A stretch of 64,000 nucleotides of DNA from Malacoraja senta (GCA_038087875.1 CM075989.1:3658001-3722000), one strand, 5' to 3'. Positions 1 through 13,348 are shown, numbered from the stretch's first letter. A program made the numbers and translations. The notes: generated by a model not told the origin, from the letters alone.

Positions 1-520
1 TCCAAGAAATCCTCTTCCTCAGCACCCCTGCCAATTTGATTCACCCAATCTATATGTAGATTGAAGTCACCCATTATAATGGTTTTACCTTTGTTGCACG
101 TGTTTCTAATTTCCTGTTTGATGCCATCCCCTACTCCACTACTACTTTTAGGTGGCCGGTACACCACTCCCACTAGCGTTTTCTGCCCCTTAGTGTTTCG
201 CAGCTCTACCCATATCGATTCCACATCCTCCAAGCTAATGTCCTTCCTTTCTATTGCGTTAATCTCCTCTCTAACCAGCAACGCTACCCCACCTCCTTTT
301 CCTTTCTGTCTATCCCTCCTGAATATTGAATATCCCTGAATGTTCAGCTCCCAGCCTTGGTCACCCTGGAGCCATGTCTCCGTGATCCCAACTATATCAT
401 ATTCATTAATAACTATCTGCACATTCAACTCATCCACCTTATTACGAATGCTCCTTGCATTAAGATACAAAGCCTTCAGGCTTGTCTTTACAACACTCTT
501 ACCCCTTATACAATTATGTT
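1..520 (-). mobile_element. CR1-clade LINE ORF2 fragment (APE endonuclease domain), cut by window edge
   Basis: Minus-strand translation gives GGGVALLVREEINAIERKDISLEDVESIWVELRNTKGQKTLVGVVYRPP...TIIMGDFNLHIDW, typical of CR1 APE. Confidence 0.85.
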
Positions 521-1152
521 GAAAAGTGGCCCTTTTTGATTTTTGCCCTGGTTTTGTCTGCCTGCCACTTTTACTTTTCACCTTGCTACCTACCTTGCTA
601 CCTAGTGAAGAAGGCCATCAACCCGCATGCGCGTCATGTCAGCGTAGGTATCCTCAGGGGCCTGCGGCAGCACCTGTTTTAGGGCTGCCTACGTATCTCT
701 CTCTCTATGGAGGGGAGTGCGAGGTATACTCGCAAGGGAAGGGGCTATAGTCCCCTCACGCTACAAGTGCGGGCAATGAACAGCACTATCAGGGGTGGCA
801 TTGGAGGGGACATGAAATCCAGGAAATAAAACCAGCCATCATATTGGCGACTCACACCCCACGCCTCATCGGCAGTAGCAGTTCACTGAAGCTGGTGGCA
901 GCTTGAAAGCTGGACAGAGGTCTTTCAGGTGAAGGTCCAAGCCAGTCTCAAGAAATATGGAATTCACAAACACTACCAAGACCACCGGGAACCATGGAGG
1001 AAGGTGGGTCTGGTTCTTCCGAAACATGGGGTGAGTGGACCATTTACAAGTTGGTAATATTTACACTTGGTTTTGTACAAATTGAAATGATAACATGTGA
1101 TTGGATTATTATTGCACAGTATACAAGGGTACCAAGTATGGCTTGGAATTGG

Positions 1153-1332
1153 GGCCAGAGTTGTCTTTCGAGGCAGGCTCAGTATCATGGCCAGGATTAC
1201 CTTTCGAGACAGGCTCGGAAATAAGGCCAGAGTTGTCTTTCAAGGCAGGCTCAGTATTATGGCCAGGATTACCTTTCGAGACAGGCTCGGGAATTTTGCC
1301 AGTTGCCGTTTCGAGGCAGGCATGGAATTATG
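1153..1332 (+). repeat. 36-bp tandem repeat, about 5 units (ABAB+C) inside the DIRS element
   Basis: ggccagagttgtctttcgaggcaggctcagtatcat and ggccaggattacctttcgagacaggctcggaaataa alternate; 72-bp higher-order period. Confidence 0.85.
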
Positions 1333-2779
1333 GCAGGTGTGGCCTGTTCATTGTGTAAGATGGAGGATATTGGTTCATAATTCATTTAACTAACATGTGC
1401 AACATAGACTTTTCAGTATATGGAACTTGTTACTGTCTAACAACTGATTTTCCTTAGGATCTTTATGGCAAAGAGGCATACTATTCAGGTCCCATTCACA
1501 GGGATCACCGGAGACATTTGAAATGTACCTGGATGGGGCTATGATTACGGTTAATGCGTTGCAAATGGGTTAAACTTCAGCTCCCAGGTATTTACCAAAT
1601 TACAAAACCGGTGCTTGGACTGCTCAGAGCTTAAAAACACTTGTTATGGCTTAGTTGGATGATATTCTAAACGTTGTGTTTTGCTAAACTCAACTGTTTC
1701 AGCCGCAACTATATTTGAGAAATTGGGGTCCCTCATCCATCCAGTTAATTTAAGTTGATACCAGAGTTAATGATTATTCTGATTTACCTTTAACTATTAA
1801 TTTATCTGGGACTCATCCCTGGGGCAAGAGATTGGAATCAGTAGAAGCCTGTAACAACCTTGTTATCAAGCAGTCTTCTATTCATCAAGTGAAATTGGGA
1901 ATATAGCATTGGCCTTTGCATTATCAGAATTTACACGTGCAAAGTAGTAACCTCTCAAGTGCCATATAGGTCTTTGTCAACAGACCAATGCTATTACCAG
2001 CTGAAGCTACCTAAGTCACAATGGTGGACGAACTATATTCAGCATTGCTCCAGTAGTTTGGTCAATAAATCTTCAGTTATATTACAAACTGATGCTAGTC
2101 CTCATAGATGGGATATTACGAATGCCATCTCTAGTCATGGAGATGGAAGGGATTTGCATGGTTACCAATTCTTCAGTTTATTGGTATAAACTACCTATAG
2201 ACACTAGGTGCATACTATAGGTTAAAGGGTTATTGTGCGACTATGCATAAACTACATGCTCAGTTCCAAGTTGATACACTGCGGTGATGGCATATGTTAG
2301 TCACATGGGTGCAATCAAGTCAAAAGTATCCTGTCATAATTTAACCAAACTCATTTGGTGCTGGGGTATTATCATGTAAAATCAATGACAACACAGAATG
2401 CATGTTGGATCACAAAGTATTTAATGACATCATGTCTCGATGGAATACCGAATATCGATACGTTTGCATCCAGGCTCATTCACCGGTTGCAAAAACATGT
2501 GGCGAGAGTTACATTCTCGCTACGGGGGAATAATGTTCTTTTATGTCTTTTCTCCATTTTGCCTCATCAGTCGGATCTTGCAATAAAATCAGCAAGATCC
2601 CACTTCAGGTTTTCGTACTGTCTGACTGGCCTATGCAGCCATGGTTACCCGCGAATATTGGGAATAATAATAGAACCTTATATGGGTATTCAAAAAAAAA
2701 AATAATAACTTTGCTGGTTCAACCTGGGACTCGGTGAACCAGCCTCTTGCATGATTAATCAAGTGATTGCGTTACAGAA

Positions 2780-3680
2780 TCTGAGAAGACTGCTCCTGCG
2801 GCGTGGGTTGTCACCAAAAAAACAGTACATTTCCTCTTTAGATGGGAAGCGTTCTGTTTAAATGTTTTGTTACATATTATACGGCACGGATACTGACGTG
2901 TTAGAGTTCATTTTCAAATGGGTCATGACAATAAGTTTAGTTATAGTCCCATTAACTGTGCCCAACGTACTTTCTCATCATATTTGCTGCAGCGAGCGGG
3001 ACCGCTCTGTTGGGTCTCACCCTCTGATATCCAGTTTATTAAGGATATCTTTAACTCAAGTTCTCCCAGACCCAAGTACACAGAAGTATGGGATATTGAC
3101 ATTGTGTTAACACTACTTCACCAGGGGGTTCCAGCCATATCCTTATCTTTGGCCAGACTCTAATAGATAGTTATCCCTTGGTGCTGTTCTCAGCGCAACG
3201 GGTCCAGTCATTACATAATTTGCGACTGGACAGGATCGTTTCACCTGCTAATAATATAATAATTCATGTTTACGTTTTAGTAAAGCAGGGCAGCCCAGGG
3301 GTCTCAGGTCTCAAACTAGTTCTCATGGCATACCCCATGCACCTTCGGTTACATATGGTCACACATTTACAACATTACGTCAAGGTCACCTAGAGCCTTA
3401 GAGGCTCTGATACTAGCTATGTTTGTTTGTTACAAATAACCTCATAAGAAGGTATCAGGTCAGACCATCGCCAGGTGGTTATAATGGGGTTTTGGCTTAT
3501 GCAGGAGTAGATACTATCTTCTAAGCTCACTCCACGGGGGCTGCTACAACATCAGCAGCAAGGGTTATGTGCGGTCCTCTAGACCACATCTTGCCGACTG
3601 CAGGTTGGTCTTACGATCGAGTTTCCATACATTTATGTTAACCCATTGCCAGACCCGGGGTATTTGCCAACTCTATTTTT
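2780..3680 (+). pseudogene. DIRS tyrosine recombinase (phage-integrase family), frameshifted
   Basis: ORF pieces 2918-3163 and 3178-3393 plus downstream AHST...AGWS catalytic-region motifs; multiple stops and frameshifts. Confidence 0.8.
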
Positions 3681-4220
3681 AGGTTCTATTTTATAGTTTC
3701 CCCCCCGGAACAGAGGGGTTACTATTATTATTATTATTTGTTCATTTATCAGCATCAGCATGTTTTAACTCTATGTCATGTCTGTATGCATTATGAATGT
3801 TTCTCTTATCTGTGGTCAACTGATGCAGTCGTGCTTGTGTGGGCTCGTTTTCCATGGCATGAAATCACAGAGCTTCAAAATCTTCACATAGTCACTCACG
3901 TGACTCCGAAGTAAAATAGTACGATTTTTTTTTTTTTTAATTAAAATTTATTAGAAGTAAGTACAGTACAGTACAGTGGTACCTTTTTAAAGGTTCCCAA
4001 AATAATGTTAACATAATACATTCTTTGTACAACTTCCTTTTTTTTTTAGAAAGAGATAAGAAAGAAATAGTAAAGAATAGAGGAAAGTCTAGTGTGTGTG
4101 AAAAAAAAAGAAAGAACAAAGAAAAAAATATGAACTAGTAAAGAAAAGAAATAAGTAGGAAAGTGAAGCAGGAGGGAGATTATCCACTCGCCACAAGTCA
4201 ATGCTTTTTTATATTCTTGA

Positions 4221-7200
4221 TCATCTTTCACCCATACCTGAAACTTTTTTCGATACTGTTGCACCACATGAATCCAAAAAATCAATAAATGGAGACCAAC
4301 TCATTAAGAATTGGTCTTGTTTGTCTATTAGGAGGAGTCTCATTTCTTCCAGGTGGGCTGTGTCCAACATATTACTGATCCACATTTTGAATGTTGGTAT
4401 AGTAGCATTTTTCCAAAATTTAAGTATAAGTTTTTTTGCTATTATTAAACCATAATTAAAAAATGAATTTTGGGGTATATTTAATTTGTTCCCATCTCCT
4501 ATTACTCCGAATATAATCATTTCAATATTAGGTTCCATTTTTATCTTAAATAGACTAGTGAATATATTAAATATATCACACCAAAATTTATGACGTTTTG
4601 TGCAAGAAACAAAAGAGTGTGTGATATTAGCATTTTGAGAAAGACATTTGTCACAGATGGGAGAAATATTTGAATAAAATTTATTCAACCTAGTTTTTGA
4701 ATAATATAATCAGTGTAATATTTTAAATTGAATTAAATTGTGTCTAGCATTAATCGAACATTATGTATATATATCTATCAAATACTTTTCCCATGTTTCT
4801 TTAGAATTTTTTATCATTAATTCTTTTTCCCAGTCTTCTCTAATTGCCTCTGTTGATGGCAATTCTCTGTTAAGAATACTATTATATAGATAAGATATTA
4901 AGTTTTGTGAGTCCGCCTTAATATTCATTGCTTCTTCCAGTGGGTCTATCATTATGCTCTGAAATCTCGGTATATATTTCTTCATAGTCACATATCTGTA
5001 AATATTTAAAGTATTGGTTGTTATTCAGATTAAATTTTAATTTTAATTGTTGAAATGATAATAAATTTCCCATTTCATACATGTCACCCACCTTTTTAAT
5101 TCCCAATCTTTCCCATTGTCTATGTTTTATCCATAAAAGATGGTTTAAATACCAGATTATTCACTATTGGTGTTAGTGATGATAGGTTTCTTAATTTTAA
5201 AGTTAATTTTATTCCAAATTCGTATTATATTATGTATAATTGGATTTTTCTTATATAATGTATTGTTCAATTTTATCGGGGAGAAGAGGATCGCTCCTAA
5301 ATCGTACGGAGAACAATCCTCTTTCTCCATTCTTATCCATTCCACCTGTTGAGAAGGACTATCCAACCAATAAATTATATTCTTAATATGCACTGCCCAA
5401 TAATAATATAAAAAATTAGGCAGTGCAAGTCCCCCTACCTCTTTAGGTTTGCACAAGTAGTTTCTTTTAATTCTATGTGCTTTATAGTCCCAGATAAAAT
5501 TGGTAATATTAGAGTCTAATTAAAAAATATATATATTTTGGTATATATATTGGTATGGATTGAAATTAATATATTATTTGTGGTAAAACGATCATTTTTA
5601 TAGCGTTTATTCTGCCAATTAATGATAACGGGAGCGTTTTCCAAAATTTAATCAGAGCATGCAATTTATTTAATAAAGGAGTAAAATTAGCGTTAAATAA
5701 TGATTTATATCTTCTAGTAACTTGAATACCCAGATACTTAAATTTTTCCGTTGCAATTTTAAATTGAAATTTTAATAGGTGATTCGCTTTCTGTGGCTTT
5801 AGTGACATAATTTCACTTTTGTTCCAATTTATTCTATATCCAGAAAAAGAACCAAATTCCTCTATTAAGTTTAGTAAATTTGGGATACTCGTTTGTGAAG
5901 TTATAATATATAAAAGTATATCATCTGCATATAATGAAATTTTGTTATTAGAGTCATTAGTATTATATTCCTGAATATTCGGATGCGTTCTTATCCTTTC
6001 AGCCAAAGGCTCTATCATAAGGGCAAATAGCAGGGGTGATAAAACACATCCCTGCCTATTGCCCCGTGATAATTGGAATTTTGGAGAGAACATATTATTA
6101 GATAATATTCCTGCCATCGGTTTATCGTATAGTAATTTTACCCATCTAATAAAATTATCTCCCATATTAAATTTTTGGAGTACTATGTATAAATACTGTC
6201 ACTCTACCTGATCAAATGCTTTCTCTGCATCCAAAGATATAACTAATAAGTCTTCTTTTTCCATTTTATGTGAATACATTATATTAAAAAGTCATCTCAG
6301 ATTATTAGATGATTGTCTTTTAGGTATAAACCCCATTTGGTCCGGGTTTATCAATTTATTAATATATTTACTCAATCTTCTTGCTAAAGTCTTTGCTAAA
6401 ATTTTCTGATCTGTATTTAAAAGTGATATGGCTCTGTACGAGCCCGGATCTTCTAAATCTTTATCTTTTTTTGGTATAAGCGTGATTGTAGATTCTGCTA
6501 GTGTTTCTGGTAATTTCTTTTCAGTAAAAGCATACGTGTATAATTTAAGTAATCGTGGGACCATTAACTCCAGAATTTTTTTATAAAATTCATTATTAAA
6601 ACCGTCTGGCCCTGGTGTCTTCCCATTTTTCAGTTATTTTATTGTTTCTCTTATTTCTTCACTTGTGATCTGAGCTCCTAATTCCTCTTGTTCTAAGATA
6701 TCCAATTTTGGCAAATTACAATTATCTAAAAAAAATATAATTTTATTGTCTTCTATTTTAGTTTTGGATGTATATAAATTTTGATAGAATTGAGCGAACC
6801 TTTTATTAATGTCCTTAGGTAGAGTTAATAGTTCCCCATTCTCTGATTTGATTTTAATAATAATTTTTTCCTTTTCTTGCTTCTTCAATTGTCGCGCTAG
6901 AAGTTTATGTGGTTTATCGCCAAATTCAAACTGTACCTGTTTTGTAATCTGAAATAATCTTATTACTCTTGCCGATAATATTCGATTAAGTTTAAATTTC
7001 AATAATGTAATCTTATTATGTTTATCTATAGTTGGGTCTTTTGCGTTATCTAATTCTAATAGTTTAATTTCCTTTTCTAACATCCATTGTTCTGTCATAT
7101 TCTTTTTATTTTGAAAACTTTGATATGAAATTATAACTCCACGGATGAATGCCTTAAAAGATTCCCATAATAAAGATGGTGAAATACCTGGTGTCTCATT

Positions 7201-8036
7201 TGTATCAAAAAAAAAATTCATTTGTTGTTTTAAATACTCGTAACCTTGTGGGTTATTAGCTATTTGTGTGTTAAATCTCCAAAAGGATTTTATACCTGGC
7301 ATTCCCTCAAGTTTTAAAGTAAAAGTCAACGGGGAGTGATCAGAAATAATACTATTATGATATTTAGGATTAATCGTGTATGGTATTGATTTTGTATCCA
7401 TTAAAAAATAATCAATTCTTGAGTAGGTTTTGTGTACCAATGAGTAGAACAGTTGGATTAACTATTCTCCATACATCTGTTCTATTAGTGTTTTTTATAT
7501 ATGTGTTTAAGAATTCGCTAGTCTTGGATTTGACGCTACCCTTCCTTAATTTTATTGATTTGTCTAAATATGAATCTATAACACAGTTAAAGTCCCCCCC
7601 TAATATTACATTTTGGTAATTATACTCATCTATTATATCCAAAATTTTCTTTAAAAATTGGGGGTTATCAAAATTTGGAGCATAGATATTTATCAGTCAA
7701 TGGTGTAGAGTAAATTTCTCCCATCACTATAGTGTACCTTCCTTCTTTATCAGATATAGTATTCTTTAATATAAATGGTATACCTTTCCGAATAATAATA
7801 ACCGTTCCTCTAGCTTTAGCAGTAAATGACGAGTGATAAGTTTGGCCTATCCAGTTTGCCCTCAGTCTCATCCGTGTTTGTAGTTTCGTATGAGTTTCTT
7901 GCAGAAAAGCTATGTCCACATTTAAAGATTTTAACTGGGCCATAATCTTGCCCCTTTTAATTGGATCATTCGCACCCCTAATATTCCAACTACAGAATGT
8001 GACTCCTCCATTCTTTTTTTTCCTATTGTCTTCCAT
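4221..8036 (-). pseudogene. L1 ORF2 (endonuclease + reverse transcriptase), frameshifted
   Basis: SWNIRG..FLQETH, GGDFNC, SRIDYF..SDHSP, YRAISLLN, RQGCVLSPLLF, LYADDI, CDKC...H..VSC spread over several ORF pieces. Confidence 0.9.
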
Positions 8037-9233
8037 TGTTAATTGGTTTTGGTAATTTTGCTTCATGTGGTGCAGTTAAGTACCTCAGGCTTTTGGGTGT
8101 GGGGGGATCGTCCCGTACTTCTGACGTTATTTTACATCTCCTCCGTCTATTGAACCTCCAAGAGAAAAAGAGAAAAGTGTATTGAGAGATAGTAAAGAAA
8201 AAAAGAAAAAATATTGAATAAACCACATAAAAGTGAATACCAAAAAAAAGTGACTTTAAGGTATCAAAAAGGTGATACCTTAAATTCGAGATGCCATCTA
8301 TGATGGCCAAAAATTGATTGACCTCCATAGTTGGAATTATACATTGAGCTCAGCCCCCTAGATAAAATGTCATATTGGGAGGAGATGGGGTTTCCTCTTA
8401 ATATATCAAAAAATCATTAGAAAAAATGTATCCAGTCAGGCCAAATAAAACAAAAAAAGTTTCATCAATAGAGAGTTATCATCATCTGTACTATTTCAAA
8501 TATTCTCTTATGTACCCAGGCTTTAAACCTTCTATAGTGCTTACTCGGTATCATAGTCATGGAATCATAAAGCATACAAAACAGGCCTTGTCCCTGTGCC
8601 CAAGGTTGTTCATCTTTTCCTTAATTACCAGCCTGTTTCAAGCGTTAAATTTCTTTATCTTAAGTACAACCGTCTTCCAGCCCAAACCTCTGGAACGTTT
8701 CCAAATCATTAACGCCTCTCTCTTTCCCACAGGCTTATGATGTTATAATATTCTTATACCCATTTTCATTAATTGTTATGTATTAGTATACATCCTAAAT
8801 TATATTTAGTTTCCTTTCAGCTATATTAAAATTATTTAACTGTTAATAATAACCATCTAACCCTCTATAGGCCCCTTATCCCCCAAAATCCATTAGTTAA
8901 TACGTTAGTTAGTCATATTTGTATAATATTAGTATAATAGCCTAACCATCGATTAGTAATATAAAGTTTATATGGTTAGTTAATTCTTTACATTAAGTAT
9001 ATACTGTATTAATTAAAACTTTTCTTAAGTCCATAGTTGCCTTTGAGTTTCTTTCGAATCTGTTCGCTTTACTTCAGCATGTCTGCTTTCCCCTTGTTTC
9101 TCTTCCACTTTTCCGTTCAAGGTGAAACCAAGGCTCTGTCGTTGAAAACACATTCCTGACAGATAAGCCTGTCTGGTTAATGTCTAGAGCAGTTCCGCCA
9201 TCTTAATTACAGCACTGTCTTCCATTGAAAAGT

Positions 9234-9887
9234 TTAATCATCGTCCTTCACTTCTCTTTTCTCTATTTTCTTTACAATCTCTTGTGCATAATTAAATGCC
9301 AGATCAGGATTCGTGAAGGCGCGTTGAGTAGAGTTGTATGTAATCTTCATCTTCGCTGGATAAACCACCCTGTATTTCACATTGGATTGTCCTTGCAGGA
9401 TACTACTTGCTCTTTTAAACTGATTCCTTTTCTCCAATATTTCGCGTGGGTAGTCCCTGTAGAATCTAACAGTCTCTCCATCGAATGTGAGCCTCTCACT
9501 ATGCGGTATCGTCTTCAGGAGTTTTTCCAGGGTTGAAATGTCCAAACATTTCACGATGATCTGTCTTGAGGGAGCATTTGTTTCTCTTCGGAAGCGACCT
9601 ACCCGATGTGCCACATCAATCCTCGGGTTTTCCTTCAACTTAAAGACATCTTTGAGTATTTTAGTGACAAGTTCAGTCATTTGAATTCCATACTCTTGTC
9701 CCTCCTTTACTCCTATAATCCTTAAGTTCTGTCTCCTTGATCTAGCTTCCAAATCTTGACATTTATCAGTCAATTTATTCAATTGCTCCCGATTAGTACC
9801 CTGTTCTTTTTTCAAGGTCGATATTTCCTGAGACATCTCACGCATTTCAACCACCATCTCTTCTGTCAACTTGTCAGATTGTTTCAT
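9234..9887 (-). CDS. L1 ORF1p (coiled coil + RRM + CTD; Transposase_22-like), N-terminally truncated
   Basis: DLEARSRRQNLRIIGVKEG, IDVAHRVG, RFYRDYP, YPAKMKI motifs; open 217 aa. Confidence 0.85.
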   Translation of the reverse strand: MKQSDKLTEEMVVEMREMSQEISTLKKEQGTNREQLNKLTDKCQDLEARSRRQNLRIIGVKEGQEYGIQMTELVTKILKDVFKLKENPRIDVAHRVGRFRRETNAPSRQIIVKCLDISTLEKLLKTIPHSERLTFDGETVRFYRDYPREILEKRNQFKRASSILQGQSNVKYRVVYPAKMKITYNSTQRAFTNPDLAFNYAQEIVKKIEKREVKDDD

Positions 9888-9900
9888 CTCTACAGTCAGC

Positions 9901-10148
9901 GTTACGATGAGCGATTACGTGCCCTCCGCTCCCAACCCTCGTAACATAAAGATCATCTGGTAGTTCTAGTCAGCTCTAATCTTACTATGTTAGTTCAACA
10001 ACTGTTATCTGTGATTTCACACCGCTGCTTTAAAGATTGACGCGCATGCGGGTTGACGGCCTTCTTCACGTAATCGCTCATCGTAACTCCTCATAAAATA
10101 AAGATCAAACTTCAAACTGGTAAGCTCGTTTAATCTTACTATTTTACT
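9901..10148 (+). mobile_element. Right terminus of the DIRS element (internal complementary region + inverted terminal repeat)
   Basis: gttacgatgagcgattacgtg (9901) is the inverted repeat of cacgtaatcgctcatcgtaac (10067); terminal aatcttactattttact is the inverted repeat of agtaaaatagtacgatt at 3910. Confidence 0.8.
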
Positions 10149-10506
10149 GTCATACTATTATAATACATTCTAGTTCCATGTTGACTCGTAAACAAGATTA
10201 CAAATCACATTTTGAATTCTCAAACACAATGTGATTGTGAATAATTGCAGAGCTGCCAAGTTTCAACAAAATATTTTGATGGCTGAAAATCAGTATTTTG
10301 TTGGGGAAATCGGTATTTCTCACATAAATGCAATAGAACGTTCTACACAGAAACTGGATTTTTCAAAATCAGTATTTAGCATGCAACCTCATGTATTCTC
10401 ATAGGGAATACTGAAAATCAGTACTACTGTATTGTGAAACCATTTATGAAATATGAATTTATAATTCTTGATTTTGATTCAATAACATATAAAAATATAT
10501 AATAAC

Positions 10507-10533
10507 ATCTCTATACATACAACTGATCTTGGA

Positions 10534-10573
<40 letters not shown>

Positions 10574-10830
10574 ATCACATCTTCTCAAAAACATGACGCG
10601 GTAACGGTAACATTTTTACATATTCCTGTAGAGATTATTTCCGTGGAGTCCGAAATCGCCTTATCTAAAAATGTCATGCTTTATTTCTTGAGTTATTAAT
10701 GAAAATGTTCAAGATTCTGACCAAACTTTGAAATAAAAATGACTCTTTCGTTGATGACATCACAATGGGTCTGCATCATCTTGCTCGTGCTGCGAGTGAC
10801 GCCACTCCCCGCTGCTCGCTCCACACTGCT
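10507..10830 (+). mobile_element. Unclassified interspersed repeat with (TG)n(TA)n microsatellite near its start (possibly non-autonomous Helitron-like); duplicated at ~13284-13605
   Basis: Begins atctctatacatac, followed by a TG/TA microsatellite at 10534-10572, then runs into a CT-rich tract. Confidence 0.35.
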
Positions 10831-11090
10831 ACCCCCCCCCCCGCTGCTCCCGGCTCCCCTCCCCTCCTCCTCTTCCCCCTCCTCCTCTCCCACCCTCCTC
10901 CTCTACCCCCCTCCTCCCCCCATCTCTTCTTTCCCCCTCCTCTCTCCCCCCCTCTCTCCTCCCTCCTCTCTCCCTGTCTTCTCTCCCCCTCCTCTCTCTC
11001 TCTCCCCCTCCTCTCCCCCCCCCGCCTCTCTTCACCCCCTCTCCTCCCCCCCCACCTCTCTCCCCTCACCCCCCCCCTCTCCCCCAAGTT
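10830..11090. repeat. CT-rich low-complexity tract (duplicated at ~13605-13860)
   Basis: Nearly pure C/T on + strand. Confidence 0.9.
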
Positions 11091-12010
11091 TCCTCCCACA
11101 CTCCAAAGACATAGGTTCATTGGCCTGGTATCATTGTAAATTGTTCCTAGTGTGTGCGGGATAGTGTTAGTGTGCAGGGGTCGCTGGTCGGCGTGGACTT
11201 GGTGGGCCGAAGGGCCTGATTCCACGTTGTATTTCTAAACTAAACTAAACTAAATAAGCTCTGTAGGAAAGAACTGCAGATGCTGGGGGGTTTTAAAACT
11301 CAAAGGTAGACACAAAATGCTGGAGTAACTCAGCGGGACAGGCAGCACTCTGGAGAGAAGGGATGGGTGACTGTACCCAGGGTTGTTCATCTTTTCCTTA
11401 ATTACCAGCCTGTTTCAAGCGTTAAATTTCTTTATCTTAAGTACAACCGTCTTCCAGCCCAAACCTCTGGAACATTTCCAAATCATTAACGCCTCTCTCT
11501 TTCCCACAGGCTTATGATGTTATAATATTCTTATACCCATTTTCATTAATTGTTATGTATTAGTATACATCCTAAATTATATTTTGTTTCCTTTCAGCTA
11601 TATTAAAATTATTTAACTGTTAGTAATACCCATCTAACCCTCTATAGGCCCCTTATCCCCCAAAATCCATTAGTTAATACGTTAGTTAGTCATATTTGTA
11701 TAATATTAGTATAATAGCCTAACCATCGATTAGTAATATAAAGTTTATATGGTTAGTTAATTCTTTACATTAAGTATATACTGTATTAATTAAAACTTTT
11801 CTTAAGTCCATAGTTGCCTTTGAGTTTCTTTCGAATCTGTTCGCTTTACTTCAGCATGTCTGCTTTCCCCTTGTTTCTCTTCCACTTTTCCGTTCAAGGT
11901 GAAACCAAGGCTCTGTCGTTGAAAACACATTCCTGACAGATAAGCCTGTCTGGTTAATGTCTAGAGCAGTTCCGCCATCTTAATTACAGCACTGTCTTCC
12001 ATTGAAAAGT

Positions 12011-12664
12011 TTAATCATCGTCCTTCACTTCTCTTTTCTCTATTTTCTTTACAATCTCTTGTGCATAATTAAATGCCAGATCAGGATTCGTGAAGGCGCG
12101 TTGAGTAGAGTTGTATGTAATCTTCATCTTCGCTGGATAAACCACCCTGTATTTCACATTGGATTGTCCTTGCAGGATACTACTTGCTCTTTTAAACTGA
12201 TTCCTTTTCTCCAATATTTCGCGTGGGTAGTCCCTGTAGAATCTAACAGTCTCTCCATCGAATGTGAGCCTCTCACTATGCGGTATCGTCTTCAGGAGTT
12301 TTTCCAGGGTTGAAATGTCCAAACATTTCACGATGATCTGTCTTGAGGGAGCATTTGTTTCTCTTCGGAAGCGACCTACCCGATGTGCCACATCAATCCT
12401 CGGGTTTTCCTTCAACTTAAAGACATCTTTGAGTATTTTAGTGACAAGTTCAGTCATTTGAATTCCATACTCTTGTCCCTCCTTTACTCCTATAATCCTT
12501 AAGTTCTGTCTCCTTGATCTAGCTTCCAAATCTTGACATTTATCAGTCAATTTATTCAATTGCTCCCGATTAGTACCCTGTTCTTTTTTCAAGGTCGATA
12601 TTTCCTGAGACATCTCACGCATTTCAACCACCATCTCTTCTGTCAACTTGTCAGATTGTTTCAT
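12011..12664 (-). CDS. Duplicated L1 ORF1p (identical to 9234-9887)
   Basis: Same 217-aa translation; lies in copy 2 of the tandem duplication. Confidence 0.85.
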   Translation of the reverse strand: MKQSDKLTEEMVVEMREMSQEISTLKKEQGTNREQLNKLTDKCQDLEARSRRQNLRIIGVKEGQEYGIQMTELVTKILKDVFKLKENPRIDVAHRVGRFRRETNAPSRQIIVKCLDISTLEKLLKTIPHSERLTFDGETVRFYRDYPREILEKRNQFKRASSILQGQSNVKYRVVYPAKMKITYNSTQRAFTNPDLAFNYAQEIVKKIEKREVKDDD

Positions 12665-13310
12665 CTCTACAGTCAGCGTTACGATGAGCGATTACGTGCC
12701 CTCCGCTCCCAACCCTCGTAACATAAAGATCATCTGGTAGTTCTAGTCAGCTCTAATCTTACTATGTTAGTTCAACAACTGTTATCTGTGATTTCACACC
12801 GCTGCTTTAAAGATTGACGCGCATGCGGGTTGACGGCCTTCTTCACGTAATCGCTCATCGTAACTCCTCATAAAATAAAGATCAAACTTCAAACTGGTAA
12901 GCTCGTTTAATCTTACTATTTTACTGTCATACTATTATAATACATTCTAGTTCCATGTTGACTCGTAAACAAGATTACAAATCACATTTTGAATTCTCAA
13001 ACACAATGTGATTGTGAATAATTGCAGAGCTGCCAAGTTTCAACAAAATATTTTGATGGCTGAAAATCAGTATTTTGTTGGGGAAATCGGTATTTCTCAC
13101 ATAAATGCAATAGAACGTTCTACACAGAAACTGGATTTTTCAAAATCAGTATTTAGCATGCAACCTCATGTATTCTCATAGGGAATACTGAAAATCAGTA
13201 CTACTGTATTGTGAAACCATTTATGAAATATGAATTTATAATTCTTGATTTTGATTCAATAACATATAAAAATATATAATAACATCTCTATACATACAAC
13301 TGATCTTGGA

Positions 13311-13348
<38 letters not shown>

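Larger units (their letters stand above)
605..3925 (+). mobile_element. Decayed DIRS-like tyrosine-recombinase retrotransposon, left part (RT/RNase H, methyltransferase-like, YR remnants)
   Basis: RNase H LQTDAS (~2082); MT-like IDTFASRL and WPMQPW (2450-2650); YR motifs PRPKYTEVWDIDIVL, SAQRVQSL, QTIARWL, AHST, ILPTAGWS; 605-636 is the inverted repeat of ~10038-10069. Confidence 0.85.
3926..9900 (-). mobile_element. L1-clade LINE, about 6 kb, 5'-truncated within ORF1, inserted into the DIRS terminus
   Basis: Poly-T (poly-A tail) at ~3925-3938; ORF2 fragments with EN, RT and C-terminal motifs; L1 ORF1p-like ORF at 9234-9887. Confidence 0.92.

Noticed and set aside
1153..1332. CRISPR-like 36-bp repeats
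   Set aside because: Units are contiguous with no unique spacers; eukaryotic context inside a DIRS element; no cas genes
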